Assembly (NCBI GenBank): GCA_903854215.1
Contig: CAINVT010000035.1
Location: 1-62,908 of the forward strand
From: an uncultured bacterium
GTDB taxonomy: Bacteria > Patescibacteriota > Minisyncoccia > Phycocordibacterales > UBA2100
Direction of reading: 5' to 3'
Length of the DNA: 62,908 nt
Made by a program: the position numbers and the translations under genes. Below are positions 37,956-47,255 of the stretch, piece by piece (positions within the stretch are counted from its first letter, which is position 1; the number at the start of each line of letters is the position of its first letter). The notes below the pieces were generated by a model, which saw only the letters and a program-made list of their open reading frames with translations, did no database searches and had not been told where the DNA came from.

Positions 37956-39805
37956 AAAAGCTCGACATGCAAACACCGGACCTCACGTCAGAGAATATCG
38001 CAAAGATTGCCGAGATCTTCCCGAATGTGATCACCGAAAAGGAGGGGAAGGATGGAGCGCTGGAGAAGGCGGTGGACTTTGACCTGCTTCGTCAGGCACT
38101 CCAAGGCGAGCTGGTGGAAGGCGACGATGAACGCTACCGCCTCGACTGGCCGGGCAAACGCGCGTCCATACTTAAAGCGAACACGCCGATCCAGAAGACA
38201 CTTCGTCCGGACCGCGAGAGCAGTGTGAATTTTGACACCACTCAGAATCTTTTTATCGAAGGAGACAATTTTGAAGTACTCAAAATGTTGCAGGAGTCTT
38301 ACCTTGGAAAGATAAAGATGATTTACATTGATCCGCCGTACAACACGGGGAAGGATTTTGTATACAAGGATAATTTTGCTCAGGGGAAAGTAGCGTATGA
38401 GGAGGAGATTGGTGTGGAAGGCGATGAAGGTGGAAAACTTTTTCGTAATACCGATACTAACGGACGTTTTCATAGTGATTGGCTATCTATGATGTTTGAG
38501 CGGCTCACTATTGCTCGCGATTTGCTGAAAGATAATGGTGTAATCTTTGTCTCTATTGACGACAACGAACAAGATAATTTGAGGAAAGTGCTCGATGAGG
38601 TATTTGGTTCTCAAAATTTCATTGCCCAATTTACTTGGCGAAGAACCGATAATCAGCCAAATATCGGTAAATTCGCAAAGGTTAAAGAATATATTATTTG
38701 TTATTGCAAATTTGAGGGCGGTTTTGAATTAAATAAAATGTCCCTAACCGAAAGGGCGAAGAAGGAGTACCGGTATGAAGATGATAAGGGCAAATTTCGT
38801 AGGTCAAATCTATATGATAAAACACGGGGAAGATATATATACGAAATAAATACTCCCAGTGGTATGACGCTCTCTGGCCCGTGGATGGTTCAGGAAATAG
38901 AATTTCAAGAACTACAAAAAGCGGGTAATATATATTGGGCAACGGGCGATGAGGAAACTCCCTATGGGAAAATATACCTGCATGAAAGTGGAGGTCAAAT
39001 ACCGAATGATTTTTTGGGTATTGAATTTGGTACGAATCAAGAGGCGGGCATTGACCTAGAATTATTGTTTAATGGAAAGAGGATATTTGATTTTCCAAAA
39101 CCAATCTCGTTAATTAAACACTTTATTAACATTGGGTCAAAAAATAGTGATATTATTTTAGATTTTTTTTCAGGCTCCGCAACGACAGCGCACGCGGTGA
39201 TGTCCCTCAATGCCGAAGATGGCGGTAACCGCAAGTTCATCATGGTGCAGATTCCTGAGGAAACACCGGCAGATAGTGAGGCTCGAAAAGCGGGGTATGA
39301 AACTATTGCAGAGATTGGCAAAGAGCGCATTCACCGAGCAGGCAATAAAATTCTTGCAGATAACAAAGAGGCACTCAAAAAGCGGGAGGCGCCGCTTGAT
39401 ATTGGATTCCGTGTGCTCAAGGCAGACTCTAGCAACATGAAGGATGTGTACTATCATCCCTCCGAGCTCACGCAGGGTTCGATTCTTGGACTTACGGATA
39501 ATATCAAGGAAGATCGTACTCCAGAAGACTTGCTCACACAGGTGATTCTCGATCTTGGGCTCGAACTTTCGCTCCCGATTGAAGAGAAGAAGATCAAAGG
39601 CAATACGGTGTATTTTGTGCAAGGCAATGCGCTCGTTGCCTGCTTCGACGATTCCATAGACTTCACCATTGTGGACGAGATTGCCAAGATCGAGCCGCTG
39701 AAGGTTGTCTTCAAGGACGCGAGTTTTAAAGATGATAAGGACCGGATAAATGTCGAAACACGTTTCAAACGGCTTTCTCCGGATACGGCAATAACCGTAC
39801 TGTAA
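37952..39805 (+). CDS. mod: Type III-like DNA methyltransferase (Mod; beta-class N6A/N4C)
   Basis: Motif IV IYIDPPYNTG lies upstream of motif I ILDFFSGSATTAHAV. FDFPKP block is typical of Type III Mod. Confidence 0.88.
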   Translation: MKKLDMQTPDLTSENIAKIAEIFPNVITEKEGKDGALEKAVDFDLLRQALQGELVEGDDERYRLDWPGKRASILKANTPIQKTLRPDRESSVNFDTTQNLFIEGDNFEVLKMLQESYLGKIKMIYIDPPYNTGKDFVYKDNFAQGKVAYEEEIGVEGDEGGKLFRNTDTNGRFHSDWLSMMFERLTIARDLLKDNGVIFVSIDDNEQDNLRKVLDEVFGSQNFIAQFTWRRTDNQPNIGKFAKVKEYIICYCKFEGGFELNKMSLTERAKKEYRYEDDKGKFRRSNLYDKTRGRYIYEINTPSGMTLSGPWMVQEIEFQELQKAGNIYWATGDEETPYGKIYLHESGGQIPNDFLGIEFGTNQEAGIDLELLFNGKRIFDFPKPISLIKHFINIGSKNSDIILDFFSGSATTAHAVMSLNAEDGGNRKFIMVQIPEETPADSEARKAGYETIAEIGKERIHRAGNKILADNKEALKKREAPLDIGFRVLKADSSNMKDVYYHPSELTQGSILGLTDNIKEDRTPEDLLTQVILDLGLELSLPIEEKKIKGNTVYFVQGNALVACFDDSIDFTIVDEIAKIEPLKVVFKDASFKDDKDRINVETRFKRLSPDTAITVL

Positions 39806-40818
39806 TGTCCATGCAAGAACATACTCCGCAATCTCAAATAGTAATCTACAGGGATCGAAATGGTACGACCAAAATCGATGTGCGTTTTGATGGCGCAACG
39901 GTATGGCTTACTCAGCAGGCTCTTGCGGAGCTCTTTCAAACGACGAAGCAAAATATAAGCCAGCATATCAAAAATATCCTGGAAGAAGGCGAATTACAAC
40001 AAGATTCAGTAGTAAAGGATTTCTTGACAACTGCTTCCGATGGCAAAAAGTACCATATAAAGTATTACAATTTAGATGTAATCATTTCTGTCGGATATCG
40101 CACAAAAAGCTCGATTGCTACTGCATTTCGCCAGTGGGCGACAGCACGCCTTGGCGAATACATTGTCAAAGGTTTTGTGGTGGATAGCGAACGGTTGAAA
40201 AATCCAGATTTGCCGTTTGACTATTTTGAAGAGCTCGAACGGACGATAGCCGATATACGCACTTCTGAGAAGCGATTCTACAGAAAGATAACTGATATTT
40301 ATGCGACAAGCGTGGATTATGAGCCGACGAGCGATGCAAGCGTCTTATTTTTTAAGACTGTTCAGAATAAAGTCCACTATGCTATCACCGGGAATACTGC
40401 GGCCGAGATAATAGTTGAGCGAATTGATGAGAAAAAGGAGAAGCTTGGTCTTACGTATACCAGAGGCGCAAAACCAACGAAAGAAGAAATTGTTGTAGCC
40501 AAGAATTATTACAATCAGGAAGAGCTGTTGGCACTGAACGCACTGGTAGAACAATATCTCGTATTTGCTACTGAGCAGGCGCGCAGGAGAGTTCCGATGA
40601 CTATGAAGGATTGGATAGACAAGCTGCATGGATTCTTGACCATCAATGACAGGGATATCTTGGCCGGTGCGGGCAAGATATCGCATGAGCTTATGGTGGA
40701 AATTGCAGAGAAGAAGTTTGAGAAGTATGCGCAGATTGAGTCAAGAAAGGATGTAGAGTTCGATGAAGTTGCTCTTAAGGCGCTTGCGAGTGCGAAGGGG
40801 AAGAAAAATAAAAAATAG
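39805..40818 (+). CDS. rhuM: RhuM-family protein inserted between mod and res
   Basis: N-terminus IVIYRDRNGTTKIDVRFDGATVWLTQQALAELFQTTKQNISQHIKNILEEGEL, then YYNLDVIISVGYRTKS, typical of the RhuM family. Confidence 0.8.
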   Translation: MSMQEHTPQSQIVIYRDRNGTTKIDVRFDGATVWLTQQALAELFQTTKQNISQHIKNILEEGELQQDSVVKDFLTTASDGKKYHIKYYNLDVIISVGYRTKSSIATAFRQWATARLGEYIVKGFVVDSERLKNPDLPFDYFEELERTIADIRTSEKRFYRKITDIYATSVDYEPTSDASVLFFKTVQNKVHYAITGNTAAEIIVERIDEKKEKLGLTYTRGAKPTKEEIVVAKNYYNQEELLALNALVEQYLVFATEQARRRVPMTMKDWIDKLHGFLTINDRDILAGAGKISHELMVEIAEKKFEKYAQIESRKDVEFDEVALKALASAKGKKNKK

Positions 40819-40819
40819 T

Positions 40820-43800
40820 ATGAAATTAAAGTTTAAGCAGCAACAGTACCAGATCGATGCCACGGATGCGATCGTACGCGTGTTTGCGGGGCAGGACAAG
40901 GGGTATCGCAAAGAAACCGTCGGGCGGCGGGTGGAGGGCAGCGGGAGCTTTTGGCAGAAGGAGGTTGCGGATGAGATTTTTTCAAACAAAAAACTTAGTA
41001 TCGATGACCGCGCGATCCTCAAGAATGTTCAGGAGCTCCAAAAAGAGCAGGGCATAACCGTAGTCAAAAAACTTGAGGGATTGAATTTTACGGTCGAAAT
41101 GGAAACAGGTACGGGCAAAACTTACGTTTACACGAGGGCGATGTTTGAATTGAATAAAGAATATGGTTGGAATAAGTTCATTATCATGGTCCCCTCAATT
41201 GCTATTCGTGAGGGAGTACACAAATCGCTCGAGATCACTGCCGAGCACTTTCAAGAAATCTATGGAAAGAAGATCCGATTCTTTATTTACGATACAAAGA
41301 ACAAGTCAAACTTGGTGAACATCAAGTCCTTTGCCAGTACGTCGAATATCGAGGTGATCGTGATGAACTACCAAGCCTTCGGACGCAAAGGCAAAGACGC
41401 GCTCAAGATGTTCCAAAAGCTCGACGAGATGCAGTCGGAGCGGCCAATCGACATCATCAAGCGCGCACGGCCGATACTCATCATCGACGAGCCGCAGCGC
41501 TTCGGAGACACCGCCGAGTCGATGCTTGCAGAGTTCACGCCGCTCTTCATCACGCGCTATTCAGCTACGCACAAAAAAGACTACAACAAGGTATATCGTC
41601 TTGACGCTATCGATGCCTACAACCAAAAGCTCGTGAAGAAGATCAAGGTGAAGGGTGTTGAGGTGAAGGGGAATATGGGTATGAACAGTTATTTGTTCTT
41701 GGACCGAATCCATGTGAGCGACAATGCCTATCCGACGGCGACTGTGCAAATGGAGCTCGAGATGAAGCAGGCGGGTGGCATTAAAAAAGTACTGAAACGG
41801 ATCAAAGAACAGGATGACCTCTTTGCGCTTTCTGGCGAAATGGCGCAATACAAAGGCTTTGTTGTGAAAGAGATCAACGCGCATACCAACACGGTCTCGT
41901 TCGTAAACGGCGTGTCGCTCTCGGTGGGGCAGGTCCTTGGTGATGTAGACGAGAATCATGTGCGCACCATTCAGATACGCGAAGCAATTGCTTCGCATCT
42001 CGAAAAAGAGCGGGAGTTATTTGCGCGAGGGATCAAGGTGCTTACGCTTTTCTTCATCGACGAAGTGGCGAAATATCGCGCCTATGACGAAAAAGGGAAT
42101 CAGGTGCGATCTGAATATGAGGAGATATTCGAGCGTGAATATGAACATGCTACGGCACAGAGGGAACTATTTGATGCCGAATACGGGGCATACCTTGAGT
42201 CATTCAAGCCCAATCAGGTCCATAATGGATATTTTTCCATAGACAAAAAGGGTCGATGGGTAGATTCAACAGAGTCACGAGGCCAAGAAGGTAGTGATGA
42301 TGTGAATGCCTACGACCTCATTATGAAAAATAAGGAACAGCTCTTGAGTTTTAAAGAGCCGACACGCTTTATTTTTTCACATTCTGCACTGCGTGAGGGA
42401 TGGGACAATCCGAACATATTTCAGATTTGTACCTTGAAGCACAGCGAGTCGACGATGAGCAAGCGTCAGGAAATAGGGCGCGGGTTACGTATTGCCGTCA
42501 ATGATGATGGTGATCGCATGGACGAGAGTGTGCTTGAGGGAGAATTCTTTGATGTGAACACGCTTACGGTCATCGCCAGCGAGTCCTATGATACGTTTGC
42601 AAAACAACTGCAAAAGGAGATTTTGGATTCTTTGTCGGAACGGCCTTCTCGAATGGGGGTCGGCGTACTCAAGGGTAGAATGCTCAAAAACAAAGACGGC
42701 GAGACGCTTACGTTTGATGAGACATCTGCGATGAAGTTGATTATCGATTTTCAGAAGAAGGAATACCTTGATGATGACTTCAAGATTACAGAAAAGCTTG
42801 CCGTAGCGATTGAAAATGACGAGGTCGAGGTCCCCGCCAATCTTTTGAAATTCAAATCAGAATTGACTGAGATGCTCGCAAAAGTACACGCGACGAGTAC
42901 ATTCAAGGCGGCCGAGGATGACAGAGCGACAAACGTGAATGAGATGCAACTGCGGCCGAATGAAAATTTCGCCAAGAAGGAATTTCAGGACTTATGGAGC
43001 AAGATCAAGGTAAAGACGGTGTACGATGTCGCCTTTGACTCGAAGGAGTTGGTAGACAAGTGTGTAAAAGCCATTGATGCGTATCTGGAGGTAAGTACAG
43101 TAACGATACGCATCACAGAGGGCGAACAGGCTCACGAATTAAGCCAAGAACAGTTGGAAAAAGGGGAATCACTCTCCAAGACGGCGAGTCAGATCGAGCG
43201 AACAGAAAGCATGTTGGGTAGTATCAAATATGACCTTATTGCAGAGATAGCAAAGGAGGCGAATATTACTCGCAAAACCACAGGAGAAATTCTGTCAAAA
43301 ATCAGCCCCGCCAAGTTTGCCCTCTTCCGAGCCAACCCCGAGCACTTTATCCGTGAGGTTGCTCGACACATCAATGAGGAAAAAGCGGCAACGCTGATCA
43401 ACAACATCACCTATCGCAAGACCGATCACGTGTACGAGGACGATATTTTTACGATCAACAATTTTCGCGGCTCTTTAAGCGAGAACGTACTTGAGGTAAA
43501 GAAGCACGTATATAAATATGTAAAAACTCAGTCGGATGTAGAGCGCAAATTTGCGAAAGATTTAGAACTTGAGGGGAGCAAGGTGCTCGTGTATGCGAAA
43601 CTCCCGAACGGCTTCAAGATACCGACACCCGTGGGGAACTACAATCCGGACTGGGCAATCGTGTTTGATGATAAAGAAGTGAAATATATTTACTTTATCG
43701 CTGAGACAAAAGGAAGCATGAGTACGCTCCAATTAAAGGGGGTCGAGAAACAGAAGATAGGCTATGCCAAAAAACACTTTGAATCTCTCGCCGAAGCAAG

Positions 43801-43858
43801 TATCAAATACGATGTAGTCGATAGCTATGAAACTCTGATGCAAAAAGTGATGTCTTAG
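40820..43858 (+). CDS. res: Type III restriction endonuclease Res subunit (SF2 helicase + C-terminal PD-(D/E)xK nuclease)
   Basis: Start at MKLKFKQQQYQIDA (track ORF starts at 40763). Walker A METGTGKT, DEAH-like IIDEPQRF, motif VI QEIGRGLR. Nuclease motif NPDWAIVF...FIAETKG. Confidence 0.88.
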   Translation: MKLKFKQQQYQIDATDAIVRVFAGQDKGYRKETVGRRVEGSGSFWQKEVADEIFSNKKLSIDDRAILKNVQELQKEQGITVVKKLEGLNFTVEMETGTGKTYVYTRAMFELNKEYGWNKFIIMVPSIAIREGVHKSLEITAEHFQEIYGKKIRFFIYDTKNKSNLVNIKSFASTSNIEVIVMNYQAFGRKGKDALKMFQKLDEMQSERPIDIIKRARPILIIDEPQRFGDTAESMLAEFTPLFITRYSATHKKDYNKVYRLDAIDAYNQKLVKKIKVKGVEVKGNMGMNSYLFLDRIHVSDNAYPTATVQMELEMKQAGGIKKVLKRIKEQDDLFALSGEMAQYKGFVVKEINAHTNTVSFVNGVSLSVGQVLGDVDENHVRTIQIREAIASHLEKERELFARGIKVLTLFFIDEVAKYRAYDEKGNQVRSEYEEIFEREYEHATAQRELFDAEYGAYLESFKPNQVHNGYFSIDKKGRWVDSTESRGQEGSDDVNAYDLIMKNKEQLLSFKEPTRFIFSHSALREGWDNPNIFQICTLKHSESTMSKRQEIGRGLRIAVNDDGDRMDESVLEGEFFDVNTLTVIASESYDTFAKQLQKEILDSLSERPSRMGVGVLKGRMLKNKDGETLTFDETSAMKLIIDFQKKEYLDDDFKITEKLAVAIENDEVEVPANLLKFKSELTEMLAKVHATSTFKAAEDDRATNVNEMQLRPNENFAKKEFQDLWSKIKVKTVYDVAFDSKELVDKCVKAIDAYLEVSTVTIRITEGEQAHELSQEQLEKGESLSKTASQIERTESMLGSIKYDLIAEIAKEANITRKTTGEILSKISPAKFALFRANPEHFIREVARHINEEKAATLINNITYRKTDHVYEDDIFTINNFRGSLSENVLEVKKHVYKYVKTQSDVERKFAKDLELEGSKVLVYAKLPNGFKIPTPVGNYNPDWAIVFDDKEVKYIYFIAETKGSMSTLQLKGVEKQKIGYAKKHFESLAEASIKYDVVDSYETLMQKVMS

Positions 43859-43927
43859 CCCATATTATTAAACAATAACCCGCCTGTATTCGAATTGAAG
43901 AAAGTATGTATTTGATAAATAAATAAT

Positions 43928-44431
43928 ATGGATTATCGAAATTACTATAATTTAGAGGAGTATCTTTTTCGAGAAGTCGGACCTAAGTTTCGAAAAGAAG
44001 GAGTCTTAAGTACGGCAGACTTTTTCTGTGTTGTTATCTGGAAAGCCAATAGATCGAAAACTAAGATAAAGAAGAAGTTGTCTAAAGATAAATCGCTCGC
44101 GGTATCCGTGAAAGAGATAAGTACCGCGATAGCTAATGCAAAAACCAAGGAAGAGAAGCTTGATGTTTTGAGGAAGGAATGGAAATTTGGTTTGCCGATG
44201 GCGACGGCCATTCTAAGCGTTCTATATCCGGAAGAATTTACAGTCTATGATTATCGTGTCCGTAAACAGTTGCAATTGCGTGATATATATAGTTCTAAAA
44301 AATATTTTACTGAGTTTTTGCCTCAGGTTATAACATATAAAAATTCCAAAGGTATCAGCTTAAGAGAAGCGGATAAGGAACTATGGGGAAAATCAGCATA
44401 CGATGACTTGATGAAATTAATAGGAACATAA
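43928..44431 (+). CDS. Hypothetical protein (167 aa) trailing the R-M operon
   Basis: Clean ORF, AT-rich like the island. No motif recognised. Confidence 0.5.
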   Translation: MDYRNYYNLEEYLFREVGPKFRKEGVLSTADFFCVVIWKANRSKTKIKKKLSKDKSLAVSVKEISTAIANAKTKEEKLDVLRKEWKFGLPMATAILSVLYPEEFTVYDYRVRKQLQLRDIYSSKKYFTEFLPQVITYKNSKGISLREADKELWGKSAYDDLMKLIGT

Positions 44432-44545
44432 GCAAGTGTGACTATGGACCCGGAAGAAATACTTGAGTTAGTGAAAGATGGGGTTATCGAACCCGACCAG
44501 ATCCAGGATTTTGAGGCGCTTGATTCGGAGATACAGCAACTGGTC

Positions 44546-44574
44546 GGGGGAAGGGGGACAGGCACATTTATTTT
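44546..44574 (+). repeat. Left inverted repeat flanking the RAYT gene
   Basis: gggggaagggggacaggcacatttatttt. The reverse complement of 45286-45311 matches 25 of 26 nt. Confidence 0.85.
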
Positions 44575-44602
44575 GATGAACCTGTGAGATACTAATTCGT
44601 AT

Positions 44603-45271
44603 ATGGGTCGGGTCGCCCGTGTCGATATCGGCAATCAGGTATATCACGTCATCAACCGCGCGGTTGGTCGTTTCAGAATATTCGACTCTTCGGCTGATTA
44701 CAAACTTTTCATCAATCTAATGCATGAGGCAAGGTTGATGACCGATATGCGTATCCTAGCTTTCGTCATCATGCCAAATCATTGGCATCTTCTGCTGTAT
44801 CCGCATTCTGACGGAGATCTCGGAGTATTCATGCACTGGCTCACTAATGCTCATACGCGCCGCGTCCATGCACAGACGAAAACAGTCGGGACCGGCCCGC
44901 TCTATCAAGGCCGCTACAAGTCGTTTCTGATAGAGAACGACACGCATCTGTTAACGGTCATGAAGTACATCGAGCGCAATCCTGTGCGAGCGGGACTCTC
45001 CCAATCCGTCGAGGAGTGGTTGTGGGGAAGTGCGCACCATCGACTTACGACGACAGATGCTGTGAAGTTTATAGATGAGTCTCCTGTTCTGTTGCCGCAC
45101 GATTATGGCGGTTGGGTCAATACCCCAGACAGAGAAGACGATCTGGCTCAGATTCGCACCTCAATAAAGAAAAACCGACCATGCGGCTCGGTCGATTGGG
45201 TATCGCAGATGGTGGATCGATTTGCTTTGGATGGTACGATACGAGAGAGGGGAAGGCCAATGTCGCATTAG
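44603..45271 (+). CDS. Y1 HUH transposase, IS200/RAYT (REP-associated tyrosine transposase)-like
   Basis: HUH motif (MPNHWHLLL) and catalytic Tyr helix (MKYIERNPVRAGL). 222 aa. Confidence 0.85.
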   Translation: MGRVARVDIGNQVYHVINRAVGRFRIFDSSADYKLFINLMHEARLMTDMRILAFVIMPNHWHLLLYPHSDGDLGVFMHWLTNAHTRRVHAQTKTVGTGPLYQGRYKSFLIENDTHLLTVMKYIERNPVRAGLSQSVEEWLWGSAHHRLTTTDAVKFIDESPVLLPHDYGGWVNTPDREDDLAQIRTSIKKNRPCGSVDWVSQMVDRFALDGTIRERGRPMSH

Positions 45272-45285
45272 GATACATACGGAGG

Positions 45286-45311
45286 AAAATAAATGTGCCT
45301 GTCCCCCTCCC
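45286..45311 (-). repeat. Right inverted repeat flanking the RAYT gene
   Basis: aaaataaatgtgcctgtccccctccc. Confidence 0.85.
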
Positions 45312-45676
45312 TTGAAGATCCTCATACTTGATTGAAAGCATGTGCTGGTCAGGCTCGGGGATAGTTGGAATACCTTGCTTATTCATGCGTAGACGCATAA
45401 CAAGGATATTCAGGACAGCTAAAATGTTGGAATCTTTCGGGTTCACGTCAGCATTGAATCACTATGGAACAAGGTGTCAATCGGCGCACCGCCCATCGCC
45501 GCCCCTATACGCCACGGCGTACAGGGAACCCGTAGCGGCGAGCCCCATGTGAGCGGTGCGTGGAGAATCCGCAACCGCGAAGCCAACCACCTTGTTTTTC
45601 CGCTTCTGATTTCAAACAATAAGTGGTATAGTTGGTTGCATCGAAAATACGATTTAAGTCGCGATCCTCGAACGGT

Positions 45677-45817
45677 ATGGATTTAATTATAAATGTCGTC
45701 ATACTGGCTGTTCTAGCTTTTATCGCCTATCATATTTGGTATATTCATGATCTATTAGACAACCTCAACGAGAATTTTAAAGATTTCTTCAAAGAGTGGC
45801 TGGGTGAAGATAAATAA
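45677..45817 (+). CDS. Small single-pass membrane protein (46 aa)
   Basis: MDLIINVVILAVLAFIAYHIWYI...; first of five same-strand small ORFs. Confidence 0.4.
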   Translation: MDLIINVVILAVLAFIAYHIWYIHDLLDNLNENFKDFFKEWLGEDK

Positions 45818-46040
45818 TATGTATATAAAAATCAGAGATTTATTTGATTCAAGCGAAAATGGTTTCTATAAATATAAGGGTGAATTCCCACTACAAGTTG
45901 GTGACAAACTTATTCAAATCGACCAGCAGATAGATTTAAAGCAATTGAATCTGGAGAATGTTTTTAAGGATGACGGGACGCTGCACCTAATTCTTGTCGA
46001 TCGCGTCTACCATTTAAATGGCAGCTCATTTTCTGTTTGA
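45804..46040 (+). CDS. Hypothetical protein (78 aa; alternative start 45819)
   Basis: ORF overlapping the previous one by 14 nt. No motif. Confidence 0.4.
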   Translation: MKINNMYIKIRDLFDSSENGFYKYKGEFPLQVGDKLIQIDQQIDLKQLNLENVFKDDGTLHLILVDRVYHLNGSSFSV

Positions 46041-46051
46041 TTTAAAACCGC

Positions 46052-46600
46052 ATGAAAAATGCATTCAAAAGGATTTTTACTTTTCCACGCCCTGAGCTCG
46101 AACGCTTCTGGTGGCATAGAATGTTAAAGATTCTTATTTTCGTGAGTACCGCTATTGTTTTCCTTTTTTCGATTCACTGGGCAAATGATTTTTTCAAGCC
46201 CTACGTTGTCTATTCCTTTAATCAAAATTTCTCGCAGTATACAAAGCAATATCGAACGGAAGACTGTTCGGTATCAAATTTATGTGCGGAAAATGCGGAC
46301 TTTTTCGTTGGATCTTATTCTTTATCTGGCCAACCTGGGGCGGAGGATTATGTAACTAATTTAGACAATCAAGGTTTGAACTCGGATCAAATTGTTCAAA
46401 AAATGCAAACAGACGGCTTGCTTTATAATCTAAAGGCTGTTGATCTCCAAAATGATTTTTATGGAACTTATGAGGAAATAATATACATAATCTTGTTACC
46501 ATTGCTTTGGTATTTAGTCTCCGTGCAGCTTCTCTATAGAATTGTTGTCTATATTATCGTTGGACGTATCAATCCTAAAAAGAGAACACATGACGAGTAG
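46052..46600 (+). CDS. Membrane protein (182 aa, N- and C-terminal TM helices)
   Basis: Helices ILIFVSTAIVFLFSI and IIYIILLPLLWYLVSVQLLYRIVVYIIV. Confidence 0.5.
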   Translation: MKNAFKRIFTFPRPELERFWWHRMLKILIFVSTAIVFLFSIHWANDFFKPYVVYSFNQNFSQYTKQYRTEDCSVSNLCAENADFFVGSYSLSGQPGAEDYVTNLDNQGLNSDQIVQKMQTDGLLYNLKAVDLQNDFYGTYEEIIYIILLPLLWYLVSVQLLYRIVVYIIVGRINPKKRTHDE

Positions 46601-47198
46601 CAGTATTCAATTAAAACAATTGGGGCAAGATTTTGAATCACTGCCAGCAGAAGCTGTTTTTCAATTCAAAGAGAGGCGATATGATGAGTTTCTCATATCA
46701 TCTGAAAGGATTTTGCATATCAATCCTAATAATCTAGCTGCACTTCTATACAAAGGCATAGCTATGCAGGAAAGAGAGGAATACCAAGAAGCGATTGCCT
46801 GCTTTCAGAAAGTAAATGAGCAATGTCCGTTTTTCCCTCATTCATGGTTTTGCAAAGGAGAATGTCTATTGAGAACAGGTGAATACGACGAGACGCTTAA
46901 TGCATTTAAGGAATTTACCTCTTTAAATCCTAAAAAGTCTCTTGGATGGTGTTTCTCTGCCCTGACTTTCTTTCTGATGGGTAAAGAAGCATTATCAGTC
47001 GCCCTACTTGAGCATGCTTATGATGAAGTCGAAGATAAATCGCAAGTTTTACTTTGCAAAGGAATTCTCGAAGAATATAGAGGCACTTCAAGTGAGGCCC
47101 TTATAAGTTATATACAAAGTCAGATGATGGAGAAAGATGAGAAAGAAGTGACTGCCGAAAGAATCTATAATCTTGTGAACGAGAGTAGAGAAAAGTGA
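46590..47198 (+). CDS. TPR-repeat protein
   Basis: Repeated 34-aa A/Y/G patterns (ALLYKGIAMQEREEYQEAIACFQKVNEQCP, SWFCKGECLLRTGEYDETLNAFKEFTSLNP). Start at MTSSS overlaps the upstream gene by 11 nt. Confidence 0.65.
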   Translation: MTSSSIQLKQLGQDFESLPAEAVFQFKERRYDEFLISSERILHINPNNLAALLYKGIAMQEREEYQEAIACFQKVNEQCPFFPHSWFCKGECLLRTGEYDETLNAFKEFTSLNPKKSLGWCFSALTFFLMGKEALSVALLEHAYDEVEDKSQVLLCKGILEEYRGTSSEALISYIQSQMMEKDEKEVTAERIYNLVNESREK

Positions 47199-47240
47199 CT
47201 TTAAATTCCAATCAAGTATGAATTATAGAGTAATCAGGCC

Positions 47241-47255
47241 AGTTCTAACATCGTC
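47241..47255 (+). repeat. Intergenic repeat, partial copy A
   Basis: agttctaacatcgtc, immediately followed by the ATG at 47256. Confidence 0.5.

Noticed and set aside
45117-45446. 109-aa minus-strand ORF overlapping the 3' end of the RAYT gene and its right repeat
   Set aside because: It crosses the inverted repeat and overlaps a supported gene, with no motif.
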